Below, piece by piece: positions 10,306 through 20,765 of a DNA stretch of 64,000 bases; position 1 is the first letter of the stretch; the number at the start of each line of letters is the position of its first letter. This stretch comes from Longimicrobiales bacterium. Lineage in GTDB: Bacteria; Gemmatimonadota; Gemmatimonadetes; Longimicrobiales; Gaopeijiaceae. Location of the stretch: NCBI GenBank assembly GCA_965248195.1, contig CBDFIQ010000002.1, positions 2,688,001-2,752,000 on the forward strand, written 5' to 3'. Both the position numbers and the translations under genes were made by a program. The notes below the pieces were generated by a model, which was not told where the DNA came from, searched no databases, and saw only the letters and a program-made list of their open reading frames with translations.

Positions 10306-11469
10306 ATGGACAGGACGATCCTCACATGCGTGGCACTCTTGGTTGGTGCTTCCTCGCTCACGGGGCAGGTTACCTCCCCAGCCGACTCGGCAAACGTCCT
10401 GCTCGACGCAGCTGAATCGTTCGAATCCGACGGCAGGTGGGATGTCGCCGAGGCCCTCTACAGGTTCATCGCCGAGCACTTCGACACGACCCCGGCGTCG
10501 TTGCAGGCTCGGACACGATTCTCAGCACTGAGCAGAGTGGGGGCCGAGGGCAGTGGCAGCGTCGAGCTCCGTGTATGGGCCACGACCTTCGGCCTCTGGC
10601 TGGGAGTCGCCGTTCCCGGCTGGCTCGGTGCGGACCAGCCGGAACCCTACGGCGCTGGGCTTCTGTTGGGCGGGCCGGCAGGCTACTTCGGAGGAAAGGT
10701 CCTGGCCGGGTCCCTGGACCTGACCGAGGGGCAAGCCAGGGCCGTCACCCTGGGCGGAACCTGGGGCACCTGGCAGGGGTTCGGCTGGGCCGAGGTTCTG
10801 GATCTCGGGGGCCAGGAAAACTGCTTCAGGGGTCAGTGCTTCGACAGCGGCCCGAGCGATGAAGCCAGGTTCGGCGCCATGGTGATCGGTGGACTGTCCG
10901 GGATCGCCGCCGGGGCTCTGCTCGCCCGCCGGCCGATAACTCGAGGTGTTGCGAGTACCGCGAACTACGGGGCGCTGTGGGGCACATGGTTCGGGGTAGC
11001 CAGCTCGATTCTCATGGATTTCGACGAGGGCGACGGGCCCTTGACTGGGGCGCTCATCGGGGGAAACGTCGGACTTCTGACGACCGCGCTCTTGGCACCC
11101 GGGTGGAACATCAGCAGGAACCGCGCCCGCCTCATCAGCATCACGGGTGTAATCGGAGGCCTGGGCGGAGTGGGCCTCGATCTTCTCTTTCAGCCGGACG
11201 ATGAAAAAACGGCCGTCGCCATTCCGTTCGCGACGAGCCTACTCGGGTTGGCGATCGGAGCAGTGACCACGCGGGGCTCCGACGCGGAGCCGGTGCCCGC
11301 AGACAACTCACTCTCCTCCTTGTCCGGAGCCCTTTTCAAGTTGGACGAGGGCCGCTTCGGGGTCGGGTTCCCGACGCCCACACCCACCCTGGTTCGAATC
11401 GATCTCCCCTCGGGAGGCACGGCCCTTGAGCCCGCGGCCTCGTTCACCCTCTTCGCGGCGAGGTTCTAG
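10306..11469 (+). CDS. Gly-rich multi-pass membrane protein
   Basis: GAGGTG RBS, signal peptide, a TPR-like helix pair, and repeated GGTWGTW/GALWGTW hydrophobic segments. Confidence 0.7.
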   Translation: MDRTILTCVALLVGASSLTGQVTSPADSANVLLDAAESFESDGRWDVAEALYRFIAEHFDTTPASLQARTRFSALSRVGAEGSGSVELRVWATTFGLWLGVAVPGWLGADQPEPYGAGLLLGGPAGYFGGKVLAGSLDLTEGQARAVTLGGTWGTWQGFGWAEVLDLGGQENCFRGQCFDSGPSDEARFGAMVIGGLSGIAAGALLARRPITRGVASTANYGALWGTWFGVASSILMDFDEGDGPLTGALIGGNVGLLTTALLAPGWNISRNRARLISITGVIGGLGGVGLDLLFQPDDEKTAVAIPFATSLLGLAIGAVTTRGSDAEPVPADNSLSSLSGALFKLDEGRFGVGFPTPTPTLVRIDLPSGGTALEPAASFTLFAARF

Positions 11470-11481
11470 GCTGCCGAACCG

Positions 11482-12360
11482 CTACGCCTCGCCGGCGTCT
11501 CGGTCCGACTCCGCCGCTCCGGACCCGTAGACCTCAGGCACCCAACGCAAGCTGTCGATCGGGGGGCGCTGGTAGTTGGGGTCTTTCTGTAGGTCGGGAA
11601 GCTCGATGGGCTCGTCCGGGATCTCTTGGCACGGAATCGTCTGCAGGAGGTGGTGGATACAGTTGAGGCGGGCGTGGCGCTTGACGTCGGCTCCGACCAC
11701 GTACCAGGGCGCCCCTTCGACATCGGTATGTCTCATCATCTCGTCCCTCGCCCGGGAGTAGTCGCTCCAGTGGGCGCGGGATGCGACATCGATCGGTCCG
11801 ATCTTCCACCGCTTTCTCGGATCTGCTAGCCGGCTTCTGAACCGCCGTTCCTGTTCCTCCGGACTGATCGCGAACCAGTACTTGATCAGGACTATCCCGG
11901 ACTCGACCAGCATCCGCTCGAAACCCGGACACGACCGCAGGAATTCCCGATACTCATCGTCGGTACAGAATCCCATGACCCGCTCTACGCCCGCCCGGTT
12001 GTACCAACTGCGATCGAACAGTACCATTTCTCCGGCAGCCGGCAGGTGAGGAACGTAGCGCTGGAAGTACCACTGGCTTCGCTCCCGTTCGGTCGGGATC
12101 CCGAGCGCCACCACCCGGGCGATACGATGGTTCAGTCGCTGCGTAATCCGCGTGATGACACCGCCCTTCCCCGCCGCATCCCGGCCCTCGAAGACGATGG
12201 CCACCCTGAGGCCTTCGTGCTTGATCCACTTCTGTAGATCGACCAGGTCTTCTTGGAGCCTGAGGAGCTCTCGGTTATAGAACTTGCGGGTGATGCGGCC
12301 GTCCGGGCGATACTCAGACGGCCCTTCGCTCTCTTCCGCGCCTCGCGGGGGCGGAGGCAT
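11482..12360 (-). CDS. ppk2: Polyphosphate kinase 2
   Basis: EGRDAAGKGG, WYFQRY and FDRSWYNRAGVERVMGFC. Confidence 0.95.
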   Translation of the reverse strand: MPPPPRGAEESEGPSEYRPDGRITRKFYNRELLRLQEDLVDLQKWIKHEGLRVAIVFEGRDAAGKGGVITRITQRLNHRIARVVALGIPTERERSQWYFQRYVPHLPAAGEMVLFDRSWYNRAGVERVMGFCTDDEYREFLRSCPGFERMLVESGIVLIKYWFAISPEEQERRFRSRLADPRKRWKIGPIDVASRAHWSDYSRARDEMMRHTDVEGAPWYVVGADVKRHARLNCIHHLLQTIPCQEIPDEPIELPDLQKDPNYQRPPIDSLRWVPEVYGSGAAESDRDAGEA

Positions 12361-12915
12361 TCATTCCCCTCCGTGTTCGACGGTGTCGAACAGTGGATCG
12401 AGGAACCGAAGCACGCGGTAAAGCTCCTCACCCTCGAAGGGGGGATCGACATGCTGCGCACCGACGAGGGTGAGTTGGATAAGCCGGGCCAGTACGTCTG
12501 CGGCCTCTAGGTCCGTCATCCGCTCGGTGCACAACTCGACCAGGAACTCGAGCCTCTTTCGGTCGACGCGATCCTGGACGCGACGTGCCTCGGGCTCTCG
12601 GGTGGCCCAGCCTCGAATCGCCCTCTCCAACCTCGCGTTCTTGAGCTCGGAAGCCTGCCGGTTGACCGCGCGCAGCCGCTCCTTCACCGGGGCTTCGGAG
12701 CGACCCGAGGCAATGATGCGGTCCGTGGCCTGCTGCTCCCACGCCGCCAAGACATCCCCCACGTATCCCGGGCGGCCCTCGAAGTGATGGTAGAACGACC
12801 CCTTTGAGCGCTCGAGACGTTCGCATAGGGCGTCCACCGTGAGTCCGGCATCGCCCTCGCTGGCTAGGATCCGAAAGCCCTCTTCAATCCAGTCCTTTCG
12901 TGATCTTTGGGCCAT
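12361..12915 (-). CDS. TetR family regulator
   Basis: N-terminal HTH LTVDALCERLERSKGSFYHHF. Confidence 0.9.
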   Translation of the reverse strand: MAQRSRKDWIEEGFRILASEGDAGLTVDALCERLERSKGSFYHHFEGRPGYVGDVLAAWEQQATDRIIASGRSEAPVKERLRAVNRQASELKNARLERAIRGWATREPEARRVQDRVDRKRLEFLVELCTERMTDLEAADVLARLIQLTLVGAQHVDPPFEGEELYRVLRFLDPLFDTVEHGGE

Positions 12916-13139
12916 CCGGTGGTCTCGCTCCTCTGGTCGTGACCGTGCTCGGTGGAGAACGGTAACCCCGGTCTTGGGGATAGGCCATCACGGCGTATTC
13001 GCGCGTGACGCGACCATGAGATCCCGGGTAGAACCTCGTGCCTGCGCCCCACCGCTTGCGGGGGCCGGCACAAACGTCCTAGCATCCTTGAGAACCGCCA
13101 CCGGGGTCGCCAAGTCGGGCCCTTTACCAAAATACCGGG

Positions 13140-14264
13140 ATGACTTCCATGGGCAGAAAAGCATTTGAAATCGACCGGCGTGAGTTCGTCCGCCACGGGG
13201 TGGGAATGGGTGCAGGCGCCTTGGCTCTGGGGCGCCTGCCGAAGGGAAGGGCGCACGGGGAAGACCAAGCCGTTGGAACCCCCCTGGTCATCACCAGCCG
13301 TACGACGGACGCCGGCCATGACGCGATGCGGCAGGCGTGGGACATCCTGGACGGAGGGGGCACCGCCTTGGACGCCGTCGAGCGCGGCGCCAACGTCGTG
13401 GAGCTGGACCCGGAAGATTCGGGCGTCGGCTACGGCGGCCTTCCGAATGAGAATGGCGTCATCCAGCTCGACGCTTCGATCATGGATGGCAAGACCTATA
13501 ATGCCGGAGCCGTGGCAGCCCTCGAGAACATCAAGACCCCCGCTTCGGTCGCCCGGCTCGTGATGGAGCGAACGGACCATATAATCCTGGTGGGAGCCGG
13601 CGCGCTGGAGTTCGCCCGCTCCTTCGGTTTCAAGGAGGAGGATCTGCACACCGAACGGTCACGTGCGGCTTGGCTGCGGTGGCGGGAGGAGCACAGCGAT
13701 CGGGACGACTGGGGCTCACCGGATCACTTGAGAAACCTGGCGGGGCCAGGATCGGACGGGCGCGGCGCGAGTTCAGGATCGGGCCGGCGCAGCGATGAGC
13801 CCCTCGACTTCCACTACGGAACGGTCAACGTCCTGGCCGTCGACTCGAACGGCGACATCTCCGGCATCACGACCACCAGCGGATTGAGCTGGAAGGTCAA
13901 CGGACGGATCGGGGACTCTCCGATCATCGGTGCGGGGCTCTACGTCGACAACGACATCGGCGCGGCGGGGGCCACGGGCCGCGGGGAAGACGTCATCAAG
14001 TCCTGCGCCTCATTCTACATTGTCCTGCGCATGGGCCAGGGTCGCACACCCCAAGAGGCCTGCGAGGACGCGTGCGATCTGATCGTCCACAAGTACCGGA
14101 AAGTGAACCCGAACTTCATCCCGGGGGAAAAGTTCGTCGCCATCAACAAGGACGGAGAGTACGGTGCCGCTGCGATGGGCCGCAATCGGAGCCGGCCCCA
14201 GATGACCGTGCGAAGCGCGGAAGGCCTTCAGATTCACGAGGGGACGGTAAATTACACGGGCTGA
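13140..14264 (+). CDS. Glycosylasparaginase / type 2 asparaginase (Ntn hydrolase), Tat-exported
   Basis: RREFV Tat motif, VGYGGLPN, autocleavage site YG|TVN and GRIGDSPIIGAG. Confidence 0.9.
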   Translation: MTSMGRKAFEIDRREFVRHGVGMGAGALALGRLPKGRAHGEDQAVGTPLVITSRTTDAGHDAMRQAWDILDGGGTALDAVERGANVVELDPEDSGVGYGGLPNENGVIQLDASIMDGKTYNAGAVAALENIKTPASVARLVMERTDHIILVGAGALEFARSFGFKEEDLHTERSRAAWLRWREEHSDRDDWGSPDHLRNLAGPGSDGRGASSGSGRRSDEPLDFHYGTVNVLAVDSNGDISGITTTSGLSWKVNGRIGDSPIIGAGLYVDNDIGAAGATGRGEDVIKSCASFYIVLRMGQGRTPQEACEDACDLIVHKYRKVNPNFIPGEKFVAINKDGEYGAAAMGRNRSRPQMTVRSAEGLQIHEGTVNYTG

Positions 14265-14305
14265 AGCACGCCGGCACGGGCGGGGCCCATTGGGGAGAAC
14301 CTGAC

Positions 14306-15745
14306 TTGAAGGCCACGTTCGGCTTTCTGATCTGCATGTCGTTCCTGGCCTCGGGCCTGGCCTTCGGTGGGTGCGCGATGACAGGGGCCACCCCGGTGTA
14401 CGGGGCGGGCCTAGCCGTCCAGTACGGAGAGGTTCAGCGTCTCCTCGACGAGAAATGCACCTCTTGCCACACAGGCGCCGACGCCGTGCGGGGCCTGCGC
14501 CTCGACTCCTGGCCGGCGCTGATCGCGGGGTCCGACCACGGCGAGGCGGTCATCCCCTTCGACGCCGCTCGCTCGCTGTTGGTCGAGCTGACGACCAAGC
14601 TCGTGGGCGGTCCGCATCCTGCCGAGGTAGGCCGTGAGCCCTTGAACGACGCCGAGGTGGCGCTCCTGAGTGAATGGATCGACGAGGGTGCCCCGTCGGA
14701 GACCGGCGAGGTCCCGTTTGCCGACGCGCAACATCTCCTTTATGCGGCCAATCAGAGCGTCGCCGTCATTTCCGTGATCGACATGGACACCAACCAAGTG
14801 ATCCGCACCGTGGATCTCCAGGAATACGGACTCCCGGAGAACGCATCGCCCCACCACATCGCGGTCGAGCCGGACGGCTTTCACTGGTATGTATCGGCCA
14901 TCGCCGCCAACCAGATCCTCAAGTTCGACCGCGAAAACGAATTGGTGCAACGGAAGGAGTTCGTACGGCCGGGCCTTCTGGCAGTCGATCCAGATGGCGA
15001 GAACCTCTACGCCGGCCGCTCGATGGCGGCAGTATCACCGCCGCAGGCAATCGGCGTGATTCGCCGATCCGACATGACGCTGGAAGAGGTGGGCATCTTC
15101 CTGCCGAGACCTCACGCTTTGGCCGTTCGGCCTGGTACGGGCACGGTCTATACAGCCAGCCTGGCGGTCAACCAGATCGCGTCTTTCTATCCCGAGGACG
15201 AGGCCGTCGAGCTCCATGAGCTGGAGGGCGACCGCCAACACACGCTCGTCGGCTTCGCCGTGTCACCGGACGGGCGATGGATGGTCGGAACGACCGAGCT
15301 CACGGCCTCAGTGTTCGTGTTCGATCTCGATCGGGCGCCCGACATGACCCCGGTGGATACCATCGCGGTAAACAGCGCGCCGTGGCATCCTGTGTTCACA
15401 CCGGACGGACGCTGGGTCTACGTGGGCAACAATCGGGACAATACGGTCAACGTGATCGACATGGAGACGCGAACGCTCGCCAAGGTCATCGAGGGGAACG
15501 GGCTTGCACAGCCCCACGGAGCCGCCGTATCAGCGGACGGACGTTTCGTATACATCTCCAGCCGGAACCTCGAGATGTCTGAGGACCCAACCAGAGCAGG
15601 CCACGTGTACACACCTCGGTACGACCTGGGCGACAACGGCCGGGCGGGCACGGTGGTAGTCATCGACACGGAGAGCCAGGAGATCGTGAAAATCATCGAG
15701 ATCGAGGGGTATGGGGCGGGGCTGGGTACGGCCGCGTCTAGCTGA
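14306..15745 (+). CDS. Cytochrome c domain (CTSCH) fused to a YVTN/YncE beta-propeller
   Basis: CxxCH and WIDEGA motifs, then PHHIAV, PHALAV, PWHPVF and PHGAAV blades. The TTG start is uncertain. Confidence 0.8.
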   Translation: MKATFGFLICMSFLASGLAFGGCAMTGATPVYGAGLAVQYGEVQRLLDEKCTSCHTGADAVRGLRLDSWPALIAGSDHGEAVIPFDAARSLLVELTTKLVGGPHPAEVGREPLNDAEVALLSEWIDEGAPSETGEVPFADAQHLLYAANQSVAVISVIDMDTNQVIRTVDLQEYGLPENASPHHIAVEPDGFHWYVSAIAANQILKFDRENELVQRKEFVRPGLLAVDPDGENLYAGRSMAAVSPPQAIGVIRRSDMTLEEVGIFLPRPHALAVRPGTGTVYTASLAVNQIASFYPEDEAVELHELEGDRQHTLVGFAVSPDGRWMVGTTELTASVFVFDLDRAPDMTPVDTIAVNSAPWHPVFTPDGRWVYVGNNRDNTVNVIDMETRTLAKVIEGNGLAQPHGAAVSADGRFVYISSRNLEMSEDPTRAGHVYTPRYDLGDNGRAGTVVVIDTESQEIVKIIEIEGYGAGLGTAASS

Positions 15746-15980
15746 CTGCGACCTTCGCCGAGCCCTCCCTCTATTCGTCGTATGCCACCGCCGCGACTCA
15801 TCACAACCTGCCACAGAGCGGGAGACTTCTTGATACGTCGGATGACGTAGAGATGGAGATCCGAATACGTAGTGCTGGGGGTGCGAATCCGTGCGCGCGG
15901 TCCGCGCGAGTGAATGCCCCTTGTCATATAATCCGGACTCTCACGTCACTCATCCTTGAAAATGGATCAGCAGCGTTTGG

Positions 15981-16526
15981 ATGATCTCGCCCGAACTGAC
16001 GCCTGAAGAGCTGGAGGCCCAGCTCGGGCAGTTGCACGAGGACAGCTTCGGTTGGGCGTTGAGCTGCTGTGGATGGGATGAAGCGGACGCGGAGGATGTT
16101 CTGCAGACAACATACCTGAAGGTGGTTTCGGGCAGTGCGTGCTTCGGAGGCAAGTCCGCGTTCAAGACGTGGCTCTTCGGGGTGATCCGGCAGACGGCTC
16201 GTGAGCATATACGGCGAGCGAGCTCTCACCGGGAGCGGGTCGAGAGACTGGAACAGGAGATGGTGTCTGGAGATAGAGCAGTGGCGCATCCGGACGATCG
16301 GGTGGAGCGCTCGGAGACCAGTGGCGCGCTGCTCGAGGCGATGGCAGAGTTGCCGCCGAAGCAGCGTGAGGTGCTTCATTTGGTCTTCTACCAAGATCTT
16401 ACAGTCCGCGAGGCGGGCGAGGTGATGGGGGTATCCCTGGGTACGGCCCGGGTGCATTATGACCGAGGGAAGAAGAAGCTGAAGGCCCTTCTCTCTGATG
16501 AGGAAGTAGGCGGAGGATCTCCGTGA
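15981..16526 (+). CDS. ECF sigma-70 factor
   Basis: DAEDVLQ, FKTWLFGV and region 4 LPPKQREVL...VSLGTARV. Confidence 0.9.
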   Translation: MISPELTPEELEAQLGQLHEDSFGWALSCCGWDEADAEDVLQTTYLKVVSGSACFGGKSAFKTWLFGVIRQTAREHIRRASSHRERVERLEQEMVSGDRAVAHPDDRVERSETSGALLEAMAELPPKQREVLHLVFYQDLTVREAGEVMGVSLGTARVHYDRGKKKLKALLSDEEVGGGSP

Positions 16527-17014
16527 TGCATAGACATGACGATGACCGTTTGAAGCATGACGACGACGGCTTGAAGGAGGAGTTCGGGCGACTCCGGTCC
16601 GAAACGGAGGGGTCCCCACGTGTACCCGACTTCGGGACGATGCTCGAGAAGGCCAAGGCCGACGCGGTGGCGCGCCCCGAACTCCAGGTCTTACAAGGTG
16701 GGCAGTCCGACGCCGGACCGCACCGCAGGCGCGTGATGCTGATCGGCGGTTGGGCCTCGGCAGCCGTTGCGGCGGCCATGGCCGGGGTCCTGCTGATGGG
16801 TGGTCGCTCCGATGCCGATCGCGAGTTCGAACGTTTGGTGGCCTCCTACTCGGCGGACGTGTCTTCCGGCGCTTGGCGGTCGCCGACTTCTGGACTGCTG
16901 AATGTGCCGGGCATGGGCCTCACCCGCTCGGTGCCGTCGCTCGGCTCCGCGATCCGAGGTCTCGATCCGGACCAGCTCCGCAACGTGCCCGATCCCGAGA
17001 CGAGGGACTTATGA
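16523..17014 (+). CDS. Putative single-TM anti-sigma factor
   Basis: GTGA overlap with the sigma gene; one TM segment; WRSPTSGLL. Confidence 0.6.
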   Translation: MMHRHDDDRLKHDDDGLKEEFGRLRSETEGSPRVPDFGTMLEKAKADAVARPELQVLQGGQSDAGPHRRRVMLIGGWASAAVAAAMAGVLLMGGRSDADREFERLVASYSADVSSGAWRSPTSGLLNVPGMGLTRSVPSLGSAIRGLDPDQLRNVPDPETRDL

Positions 17015-17481
17015 GGCGATCTAGTGCTGGACTGTCGAGCGCCGGACTCGTGATCGCACTCGTGGTGTGCTCGGTTGCGCTCTCGACGCCCGCTCTCGCC
17101 CAGCAAGAGCAGGCGACTGCGGAAGATCCTCTGTTTTCGACGCTGTTTCCGCCCGAGCTGATCATGCAGCACCGGCGCGCGATCGGCCTCACGGACGAGC
17201 AACGGGACGCGATCAGCCAGTTGATTGGGGACCTGCAGGGGCGCGTTGTCCGACTCCAGTGGGATCTGCTCGACGAGATCCAGCGGCTGACGGAGATCAC
17301 GTCGGGCGCGAGGGTCGACCTCGACCGATCTCTCGATCAGATCGGGAACGTGCTCGACACGGAAAACGAGATCAAGGAGGCGCACTTCGAGATGTTGGTG
17401 CGGGTCAAGAACCTGCTGAGCGCTGAGCAGCAGGCGACGCTGGAACGGCTACGTGCCGCGGAGATGCCGCCGCCCGGCTGA
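17011..17481 (+). CDS. Spy/CpxP-like periplasmic protein
   Basis: Signal peptide plus LTDEQ and LSAEQ LTxxQ motifs; ATGA overlap. Confidence 0.75.
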   Translation: MRRSSAGLSSAGLVIALVVCSVALSTPALAQQEQATAEDPLFSTLFPPELIMQHRRAIGLTDEQRDAISQLIGDLQGRVVRLQWDLLDEIQRLTEITSGARVDLDRSLDQIGNVLDTENEIKEAHFEMLVRVKNLLSAEQQATLERLRAAEMPPPG

Positions 17482-17539
17482 GCGCCTGAGCAACCACTTG
17501 GTCTGCAGCCGGCCTAAGGCCACCCGATCTGGAGCCGGC

Positions 17540-18175
17540 CTAAGGCCACCACGACACGCCGAGGTTGACGCGTGACGAGTTCGCGTCGAAGTCCAGGCCG
17601 CTTAGCGAGACGTTATCGACCCTCAGGGTGGTGAACTCGCCTCCGGTCCATAGCAGCTGCAGATCCAGCGCCCACGACTCGCTCAAGTAGTAGTCGACTC
17701 CGCCGCCGAGCGTGAGCCCTGCGCCCGAGAAAGAGAGTTCGTTCCGTGCGGTACCGTCTACCACGGGGTCGTTGACGCTCACCACTCGATAACCGATCGC
17801 CCCCTGCAGGAACGGAACCCACTTGCGCAGCGAGTTCGCGAAGTTGAACCGGACACCGACGTCGAAGTGGCCCATGGTCCACTCGCCCTCGATGTTGTCC
17901 GTGCTCTCGTTGTCGAACTGCCCGCCGTCACCTTGAACGAAGATCGTGATTCTGCGGTTCACGCCGTAGCCGAGATAGAGGCCCCCACCCCCCGCGTTGT
18001 TGCGCTCATCGTCACCGCCGTCGACGGACAGCGACGCAGCGGTCAGGTGCAGCCCGACGGTGAACCCTCGGGTCGTGGACTCTTGCGCAGCGGCCGATTC
18101 GGCCACGAAAAAGAGGGCCAGAGCGGCCAAGGACAGGAGGGCCAAGGGTAGGAGACTGAGCTTCGAGCGTCGCAT
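17540..18175 (-). CDS. Outer membrane beta-barrel protein
   Basis: Signal peptide, amphipathic strands, aromatic C-terminus VNLGVSWWP. Confidence 0.8.
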   Translation of the reverse strand: MRRSKLSLLPLALLSLAALALFFVAESAAAQESTTRGFTVGLHLTAASLSVDGGDDERNNAGGGGLYLGYGVNRRITIFVQGDGGQFDNESTDNIEGEWTMGHFDVGVRFNFANSLRKWVPFLQGAIGYRVVSVNDPVVDGTARNELSFSGAGLTLGGGVDYYLSESWALDLQLLWTGGEFTTLRVDNVSLSGLDFDANSSRVNLGVSWWP

Positions 18176-18318
18176 GGTTGCCTCGGTGGTCCAAGTACGA
18201 AGGATCCCCGGTCCGGCGCCGGTGACCGTGACGGACGCGGAGCTCGCCGCGTCCAAAACAATCATAATGGTCCGGCGACGGACCGGGGCGAGTTTCTTTT
18301 GCCCCGTCTATTGCCCCT

Positions 18319-19416
18319 CTAGAGGATGATCCCGAGAATCACGAGATCGTCGATCGGGTCGATGAGATCCTCGAGGAAGTCGAAAACGTCTTCAACGACG
18401 TCGACAATCCGGTGGAGCACGAGCGCCTCGCCGAAGGTAAGCGGCTCGCCACCCTGGCCGAGGATGGTCAGGTCGTCCTCGGGCCCGGAGACCGTGGCGA
18501 AGATGTCACCGTTGAGGAAGAACGTGCCTTCCATGATTCCGTCGACTCCAATCACGTCGACCCGGATCGAGTGCATGCGGTGGCGCACCGTGAGGTCGAT
18601 ATCTCCGACGCTCTCGGTATCGTCCTCGATACCACTGACGTTGCCGGTGATGCTGAAATCACGCGCGTCGACGCGGAGCTCGAACTCGATGTCGAGCATA
18701 GTCCCGTCCTCGGTTTCCGTCCCGACGGCCTCGATGGCGAAGTCCAGCCGGACGCCGTCCCCGTTTAAGAACCCGTGCACGGTCAGGGCGCCGCGATTCG
18801 CGCTTTCGTCCAGCGTGGTGCGGTAATCGAGCACCGTACTCTCGTTCTGCACAACGGTGAGGTGTAAGACGATGTCCTCGGCGCTCCCGTCTCCCTCATC
18901 GATCAAGTCGGCGTATCCGCTCTCCCGTTCGACGATGGGCGTGCCCCCCTCGTCTACCTCGTACGTGATGAAGCGCACGCCGGTCTCGGGGGCGCCCGTG
19001 CGCTCCGGATCGGGGGCGTAGTCATCGGCGACGGGATCGTACACGAAGGTCACACCGCGATGTATGTCGGAGATGATCGGCGCGGCGGCCGGGCCTCGGG
19101 TGGCGTTGGCCGCGTTGATGCGGCGGGCCATGTTCAGGGCGAACGCTCTGCCGCCGTCGGCGGTGTTCGGCGAGCCCATTGCGGCTACGAGGTCGATTGC
19201 GGCGGGTGAGGCCCCGAACGGCGTGCGGTTTCCCAGGGCCTGGAAGCCGGCGAACTCGGCCGAGCCGAGCGCCGCATCCATGGCCGCGTAGTCCGCAAGT
19301 GCGGCGTCGGTGTCGAGCGCCGTCTCGAGATCGGGCTCCGTGCTGCTCTCACACCCGGCCGCGAACGTGCTTACGGCTGCGATCGTGGCGAGCGCTTTCA
19401 GTCGATTCTTCCACAT
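18319..19416 (-). CDS. Hypothetical lipoprotein
   Basis: Lipobox FAAGC; GGAGG RBS. Confidence 0.75.
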   Translation of the reverse strand: MWKNRLKALATIAAVSTFAAGCESSTEPDLETALDTDAALADYAAMDAALGSAEFAGFQALGNRTPFGASPAAIDLVAAMGSPNTADGGRAFALNMARRINAANATRGPAAAPIISDIHRGVTFVYDPVADDYAPDPERTGAPETGVRFITYEVDEGGTPIVERESGYADLIDEGDGSAEDIVLHLTVVQNESTVLDYRTTLDESANRGALTVHGFLNGDGVRLDFAIEAVGTETEDGTMLDIEFELRVDARDFSITGNVSGIEDDTESVGDIDLTVRHRMHSIRVDVIGVDGIMEGTFFLNGDIFATVSGPEDDLTILGQGGEPLTFGEALVLHRIVDVVEDVFDFLEDLIDPIDDLVILGIIL

Positions 19417-19616
19417 GGTTCAGTCCTCCCCTTCTCGTTCTCGAAGTTGTTTCGATCGAGGGTGAGTGACCTGGGGGGTCCGGTTGTATGACAAGTGCTC
19501 GGAAACGCAGGCCGGAGGCCAATCCAGTCGCCCGCTATGACTGGCGGCTGCTTGCGCCTGCGGCCCCGTATGTACACTCCGGCCAACTTCTCGGAGAGGA
19601 TCCGGTGGTGAGGCGT

Positions 19617-20459
19617 TTACCGGCGCCCCTCCACCTCCACGATGAAAGCCAGCGTGTGCTCGATCACCTCATCCGTGACTGACATGTGTCCGCGATCCTC
19701 GTAATGGACGAAGCGGTGTAGGACGTTGGCGGCGTCCAACGCGGCCGCCATGTCGAGCGCTTGATCGATAGGCACTGAACGATCGTCGTCGGAATGCACG
19801 ACCAGGATCGGCTTCGTGCCGGACCCGACGTGGTGGATCGGAGACGCTAGGCGCCGAGCTTCAGGAGTGTCCCCCTCGACCGGTGTCCAAAGATCGCCCC
19901 AGGAGAGAGTGTTCAAGTCATAGGGACCGGCGGCGCTGATCACCGCCCGTACATCACTCCGGGCGTCCTCCCAGCCCCCCACTCTTTCGTAGGGTCCCTC
20001 GCCCAGCGTGGCGGCCAGCGCTACGAGGTGGCCGCCCGACGAGTTCCCGATCAGGTAGATGCGGTCCGGGTCGATCCCGTACTCGTCGGCGTGGGCGTGC
20101 ACCCAACGGATGGCCGTCTGGAGGTCCTGATACGCGGCGGGGGCCGGTGATGCCCCCACCAGGCGATAATCGATAGTCATCGCGAAGAATCCCATCCCAG
20201 CCCATTGAGCAACTTTGAGACCCGCGTCGTTGACCCGCGTGCCGCCCCGCCAGCGGCCGCCGTGCACATACATGATGACCGGCAACTCCGCACCGCCGAC
20301 CGGATACGCGATATCCGCGAGGATGGCCGAGCCGAGAGTACGGCTGAAGATCACGTCCTCTTCAACGGTGACTGGCGTCTGCGCGGACGCTGCCGCGGGG
20401 ATGGTGAGGGCCAGCGAGGCGATGGCGGCGATTAGCCTGGACGCGATAGGCCTGGACAT
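19617..20459 (-). CDS. Alpha/beta hydrolase (HSL-like esterase)
   Basis: HGGRW, DYRL, GNSSGG nucleophile elbow, D and GH catalytic residues. Confidence 0.9.
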   Translation of the reverse strand: MSRPIASRLIAAIASLALTIPAAASAQTPVTVEEDVIFSRTLGSAILADIAYPVGGAELPVIMYVHGGRWRGGTRVNDAGLKVAQWAGMGFFAMTIDYRLVGASPAPAAYQDLQTAIRWVHAHADEYGIDPDRIYLIGNSSGGHLVALAATLGEGPYERVGGWEDARSDVRAVISAAGPYDLNTLSWGDLWTPVEGDTPEARRLASPIHHVGSGTKPILVVHSDDDRSVPIDQALDMAAALDAANVLHRFVHYEDRGHMSVTDEVIEHTLAFIVEVEGRR

Positions 20460-20643
20460 GGACGTCTCCCTACCTGGGTGCCTGGAAGAATGAGGGGGAA
20501 AGATTACCCCAGGCTCGGGTGCGGGCAACTACGGAAACGAGCCGTTCATCACACCGAAGGGACCGCCTCCTGCTTCAATGGTGGTCGTCGCCCGCAGGGA
20601 TCAGGGTCGGCAGGCCCTCGCGCAGACGTTAAACGCCATGGCC

Positions 20644-20693
20644 TAACATCGGCCCACGAGCTACGTAACATCGACCCACGAGCTACGTAACAT
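20644..20693 (+). repeat. 22-bp tandem repeat, about 2.3 copies
   Basis: TAACATCG(G/A)CCCACGAGCTACG twice, then TAACAT. Confidence 0.85.
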
Positions 20694-20765
20694 GACGTAG
20701 ATGAGGACTCCTCCCGGAACCTTAACGTTCTTCCTCACGCAGCTCTTTCAAAAGGAGGAGAAATC

